Shown piece after piece: positions 60,642 through 64,000 of a DNA stretch of 64,000 nt. Under the pieces are notes generated by a model. The model ran no database searches and was not told where the DNA came from. It saw nothing but the letters and a program-made list of their open reading frames with translations. Both the position numbers and the translations under genes were made by a program. This DNA is from Candidatus Poribacteria bacterium (GTDB taxonomy: Bacteria > Poribacteria > WGA-4E > PCPOR2b): assembly GCA_965218095.1 (NCBI GenBank), contig OZ244587.1:544001-608000 (forward strand), given 5' to 3'. The stretch's first letter is position 1. Each line of letters begins with the position of its first letter.

Positions 60642-60930
60642 CTATTGACAGTGCTTCCCCACACGCCGTCGCCAATTGGCCACGGTGCGTTCATCGATTC
60701 CCAAGGCAGCCACAATCGTAGCAATGGGACACCTATACGCCAGCAGCGTAATCATCTGTGTGACAAAGTCGATTGCGAAGTCGGTAGAATACGGTGCCTT
60801 TGCTCTGGGTAAAGGTCTTGTGGCACTGATGACAGATATACCATCGTTGCTTTCGGCTATGAATACCAATGTTGCCACGACCAACTTTTCCTCTTGCCCG
60901 ACAGTCGGGATTGTGGCAGAATATCTGTTG
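60642..60930 (-). pseudogene. IS1-like transposase N-terminal remnant (zinc finger plus HTH)
   Basis: CHNPDC..YICHQCHKTF in one frame; ITLLAYRCP..IDERTVANW in another. Confidence 0.6.
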
Positions 60931-60949
60931 GGGAGAAATTTTCTGACTC

Positions 60950-61030
60950 CCATAGCCGTCAATTTAAGGGACGCTCTGCGTCGAACATCAGCGTAAAATC
61001 TGGATTTTCCCCTTAAATTGACGGCTATGG
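60950..61030. mobile_element. 81-bp MITE
   Basis: Perfect 21-bp TIR CCATAGCCGTCAATTTAAGGG / CCCTTAAATTGACGGCTATGG. Confidence 0.8.
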
Positions 61031-61039
61031 TACCAAAAG

Positions 61040-61927
61040 CTAATACCCCCTTTTCACATAGCCCCAGGTGGTTGTGAGTTTATCGGCAGGCTCAACAGCC
61101 AAAAAACTTAGGAAGTTCGTGCGAACCCCACCCGCGCCAAGCGCCTTGTCATACACCCGGACGATGCTGAGTGAACCGTTGAAGCTCTCCTCGTTGCGGT
61201 CAAAGTCAAGTTGTCCAAGGAAAACCATGTTCTGATCCATAACCTCAAGCACGAAGTCCACATCCACGTTGTGCAACTTTTGCGCCTTGCCATCTATGTA
61301 GGACTGGAGTGTTTTGCCATCACCGTTGTATTCAACCGCAAACTGGTGCCACTCTCCTGTTCCGATACCCTCTTCGGTTCTGAAAGTCAGAATTTTGCCC
61401 CGTGGCGCTTTGACCTTGAAGGCTATTTGCCCCGCTGCCCCATCTGTTACGACCATACGAATATACTGCACCTTGGGGGCATCGAGTTCAAATACGCGTG
61501 CCGCGGCGTCTACCTTCTCCGACCCGAGGCCGAAGTAGGCAAGTCCGTTCTCGTCACCCTGTTCCCACGCTGCGCCATTGCGCCTCAACCAGATCTCGAT
61601 GGTCCAGCTCGTCCCCAGCTTGAACTTCGAAGTGGTGCCACGTATGCTGCCGAAGGAGCTAGACGGCACCTCGCTGGTGTAATGTGCCGGCTCTCCACCC
61701 TCGGCCTTTACGTGTTTGGGCGGAGGTGGGATTTTCGACCAGTTGTCTGCATTTAGGGGAAATTTTCCGCCATCCGTGCCATCGTTCCCCCAAAACAATT
61801 TCTTAGCATTCTCGCTCTCAGCGTTAAGCTCTATCTGGGCGCCAGGGGCAACACCGAATGCCATTGAACTGGCCATTGTCAGGGCAAATGCCGCGCTCAG
61901 AATTGCAATTAGTTTCGGGTGTCTCAT
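61040..61927 (-). CDS. Secreted LamG/concanavalin-like protein with Poribacteria-type C-terminal motif
   Basis: Signal peptide, WTIEIW, GEWHQFAV, YIDGK, VRVYDKAL, AVEPADKLTTTWGYVK. Confidence 0.8.
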   Translation of the reverse strand: MRHPKLIAILSAAFALTMASSMAFGVAPGAQIELNAESENAKKLFWGNDGTDGGKFPLNADNWSKIPPPPKHVKAEGGEPAHYTSEVPSSSFGSIRGTTSKFKLGTSWTIEIWLRRNGAAWEQGDENGLAYFGLGSEKVDAAARVFELDAPKVQYIRMVVTDGAAGQIAFKVKAPRGKILTFRTEEGIGTGEWHQFAVEYNGDGKTLQSYIDGKAQKLHNVDVDFVLEVMDQNMVFLGQLDFDRNEESFNGSLSIVRVYDKALGAGGVRTNFLSFLAVEPADKLTTTWGYVKRGY

Positions 61928-62150
61928 TTTATATCCTCCTATGGGGAGAAATTTTCTAACTCCTTTTTGTGGGAATACATATTAGGCACTTTACTTAACT
62001 CCACACTTTATTGTGATGCTACCCGATTACTATACCACCAGCCATAAACCGAGTCAAGCGAAAATTGATCGAAAGAAGGAAACAGATGATGAAACGTCCA
62101 AAGGCGTTTCTTGGAACGTTGCGGCATCTGTTTCCGCTACAATTTTTGGC

Positions 62151-62179
62151 TTGACGACTTTTTAGGGACGGCTTATAAT
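62151..62179 (+). promoter_or_regulatory. sigma70-like promoter
   Basis: TTGACG-17 nt-TATAAT, about 330 bp upstream of the GMC gene. Confidence 0.55.
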
Positions 62180-62509
62180 TTACCCAGGTTGCTACCTTTT
62201 CCAAAAGAGGCAATCAAAGCGCGAATTTGTCCTTTTCGGAGGTTTTTGGAACCAGGAACTTAGCGTTGGGAACTAGGTGAGAGATTTCCCAAATCTGCAC
62301 TCAGGTCCCTAAATCGTGTGACGAAGATATGAGACTCACCACAACTGGCAAAAGGCGTCTGTATAACGCTTCTGGACTCCAGACTGGCGACAAAAAGTCT
62401 GGGGCGCATTGTATCAGGAGCGTCTGCTTCTATTGGAGCGCCGCTCGCCATTTTTTTAGGGTGTCCTTTGCAAGTTGCTTTGAACTTGCGCCCCTGCTGA
62501 GGAGGTTGA

Positions 62510-64000
62510 ATGGCAATGAAATACGACACAATCATCGTAGGAGCGGGCTCGGCCGGGGCCATACTCGCCACCCGCCTCACCGAGGACCCGGGTCGGTCTG
62601 TTCTATTGTTGGAGGCGGGGCCCGACTTCCCGGAGTTCGAGCAGCTTCCCGAGGAAATCAAGTATGCCTACGGCCAAGACCGCAACATCTGGGCCCGGGC
62701 CTTCGGTCACCATACCAAATTCGGCTGGGGCTACATAGCCAGGGCCACCGATAGCCTCCCCGCCATGTTCGTTCCCCGGGGGAAGATAGTCGGCGGCTCC
62801 AGCGCGGTCAACGCGCAGATCTTTCTCCGCGGGGTCCCCGAAGACTACGATACCTGGGCCTCCCTGGGCAACGACAAGTGGAGTTTCCAAGAGTTGCTCC
62901 CCTACTTTCGCAAAAACGAGGCCGACTCCGACTTTCGCGATTCCTTCCACGGGGACGCCGGACCCATCCGCGCCCGGCGTTTCAAATACGAGGCGTTGAA
63001 TCCCGAACACAGAGCCTTCTACGACGCCTGTCGGGCCGCTGGTTATCCGGACTGTCCCGACCATAATGACCCCGACTCTACGGGGGTCGGTCCGCTGGCG
63101 CTCAATAATCCGGACGGCATCCGTTGGAGCACGGCGATCGGCTACCTGAGCCAAGCGCGCCACCGCCTGAACTTCACTATCAAAGCGGACTGCCTGGTAC
63201 ACCGTGTGCTCTTTGAAGGCCCCGATAAAATCGGCGTTCAAAGCAACCGGCGGGCCGTCGGCGTCTCTGTGGAGAGCAGTGGTGAAATGTTCAATGTCTA
63301 TGGCGAGGAGATTCTCCTGTGTGGGGGAGCCATCGGCTCGCCATATATCCTCATGCTTTCGGGTATTGGGCCGGCCAATTATCTCAAAGAAGCAGGTATC
63401 CGCGTGGTGCACGACCTGCCGGGCGTCGGGCAGAATCTGAGAGACCATCCGCAAGTGTCCGTAACCTTGAGGGTAAAGGAAGCGTTTCTGCCCGATGGCA
63501 CGGAGCCTCGGCTGCAGGTTGGGCTCCGATACACGGCGCGGGGTTCCGACTCTGCTACGCGAGAGTGCAGACACCTTCGTAATGACATGTTTATCCTCCC
63601 GGCCTCTTTTGCCACCGAGGAGGGGTATCTTGTCGAATCCGACTCGGTGCCTCTGGGGTTTTACATCGTGGCCTGTATATACCTGGCCGCCGGCGCGGGC
63701 GAAATCAAGCTCACATCTTCCGACCCGCACCGACAACCCGCGCTGGACTATAACTACCTAGCAGAGTCCTTTGACCGTGAGCGACTGCGTGAGGCCGTGC
63801 GCATAATCATCGATTTAATCGACCACGAAGCGTTCAAAGAACTCATCGCCGAACGCATCGGACCGACGGACGCCGATCTGGTGACGGACGAAGCCCTGGA
63901 CAAGTGGATGATGCGCGAGGTCTCCACTAGTCATCACGTCTCATCGACCTGCAAGATGGGGCCCAGCTCGGACCCAATGGCAGTGGTCGATCAGTACGGT
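62510..64000 (+). CDS. GMC oxidoreductase (choline dehydrogenase-like), runs off the window end
   Basis: Absent from the ORF track; GGAGG RBS, MAMKYDTIIVGAGSAG, PRGKIVGGSSAVN, LMLSGIGP, VGQNLRDHP, TCKMG. Confidence 0.92.
   Translation, partial: MAMKYDTIIVGAGSAGAILATRLTEDPGRSVLLLEAGPDFPEFEQLPEEIKYAYGQDRNIWARAFGHHTKFGWGYIARATDSLPAMFVPRGKIVGGSSAVNAQIFLRGVPEDYDTWASLGNDKWSFQELLPYFRKNEADSDFRDSFHGDAGPIRARRFKYEALNPEHRAFYDACRAAGYPDCPDHNDPDSTGVGPLALNNPDGIRWSTAIGYLSQARHRLNFTIKADCLVHRVLFEGPDKIGVQSNRRAVGVSVESSGEMFNVYGEEILLCGGAIGSPYILMLSGIGPANYLKEAGIRVVHDLPGVGQNLRDHPQVSVTLRVKEAFLPDGTEPRLQVGLRYTARGSDSATRECRHLRNDMFILPASFATEEGYLVESDSVPLGFYIVACIYLAAGAGEIKLTSSDPHRQPALDYNYLAESFDRERLREAVRIIIDLIDHEAFKELIAERIGPTDADLVTDEALDKWMMREVSTSHHVSSTCKMGPSSDPMAVVDQYG

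Noticed and set aside
62603-63736. 377-aa minus-strand ORF
   Set aside because: Antisense shadow of the plus-strand GMC oxidoreductase

Overview
Bacterial accessory region, probably from a Candidatus Poribacteria-like (sponge-symbiont-type) genome. That assignment is inferred from five PhyH dioxygenases, BNR/glycoside hydrolases, a LamG protein ending AVEPADKLTTTWG and an FlgD-Ig-tail protein. The main structure not explained by the ORF track is a dispersed integron-type cassette system with no integrase in the window. It has about 18 complete or partial attC-like sites, arranged in three minus-strand arrays (about 0.7-11.5 kb, 17.8-19.7 kb and 29.5-35.7 kb) plus isolated sites at 24.3, 50.5 and 54.1 kb. 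The central array is headed by an attI-like site and a Pc-like promoter and carries a BsuBI/PstI-type RM pair, a GIY-YIG nuclease, a toxin-antitoxin pair and a secreted TPR-repeat protein. Also present: a group IIB intron with matching EBS/IBS pairs, four IS5-family copies, one IS982, two related IS with GAGGGG ends and 8-bp target duplications, MITE/REP-like palindromes, and a 21-22 nt micro-insertion found inside other repeats. A more housekeeping block (mutY, DRG-type GTPase, PPi-type pfk, TonB receptor, sulfite reductase fusion) lies at 36-52 kb. Many genes are frameshifted or truncated; real decay cannot be separated from assembly error without reads. No CRISPR array, rRNA or tRNA was seen. 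All family calls are by motif recognition, without database searches.
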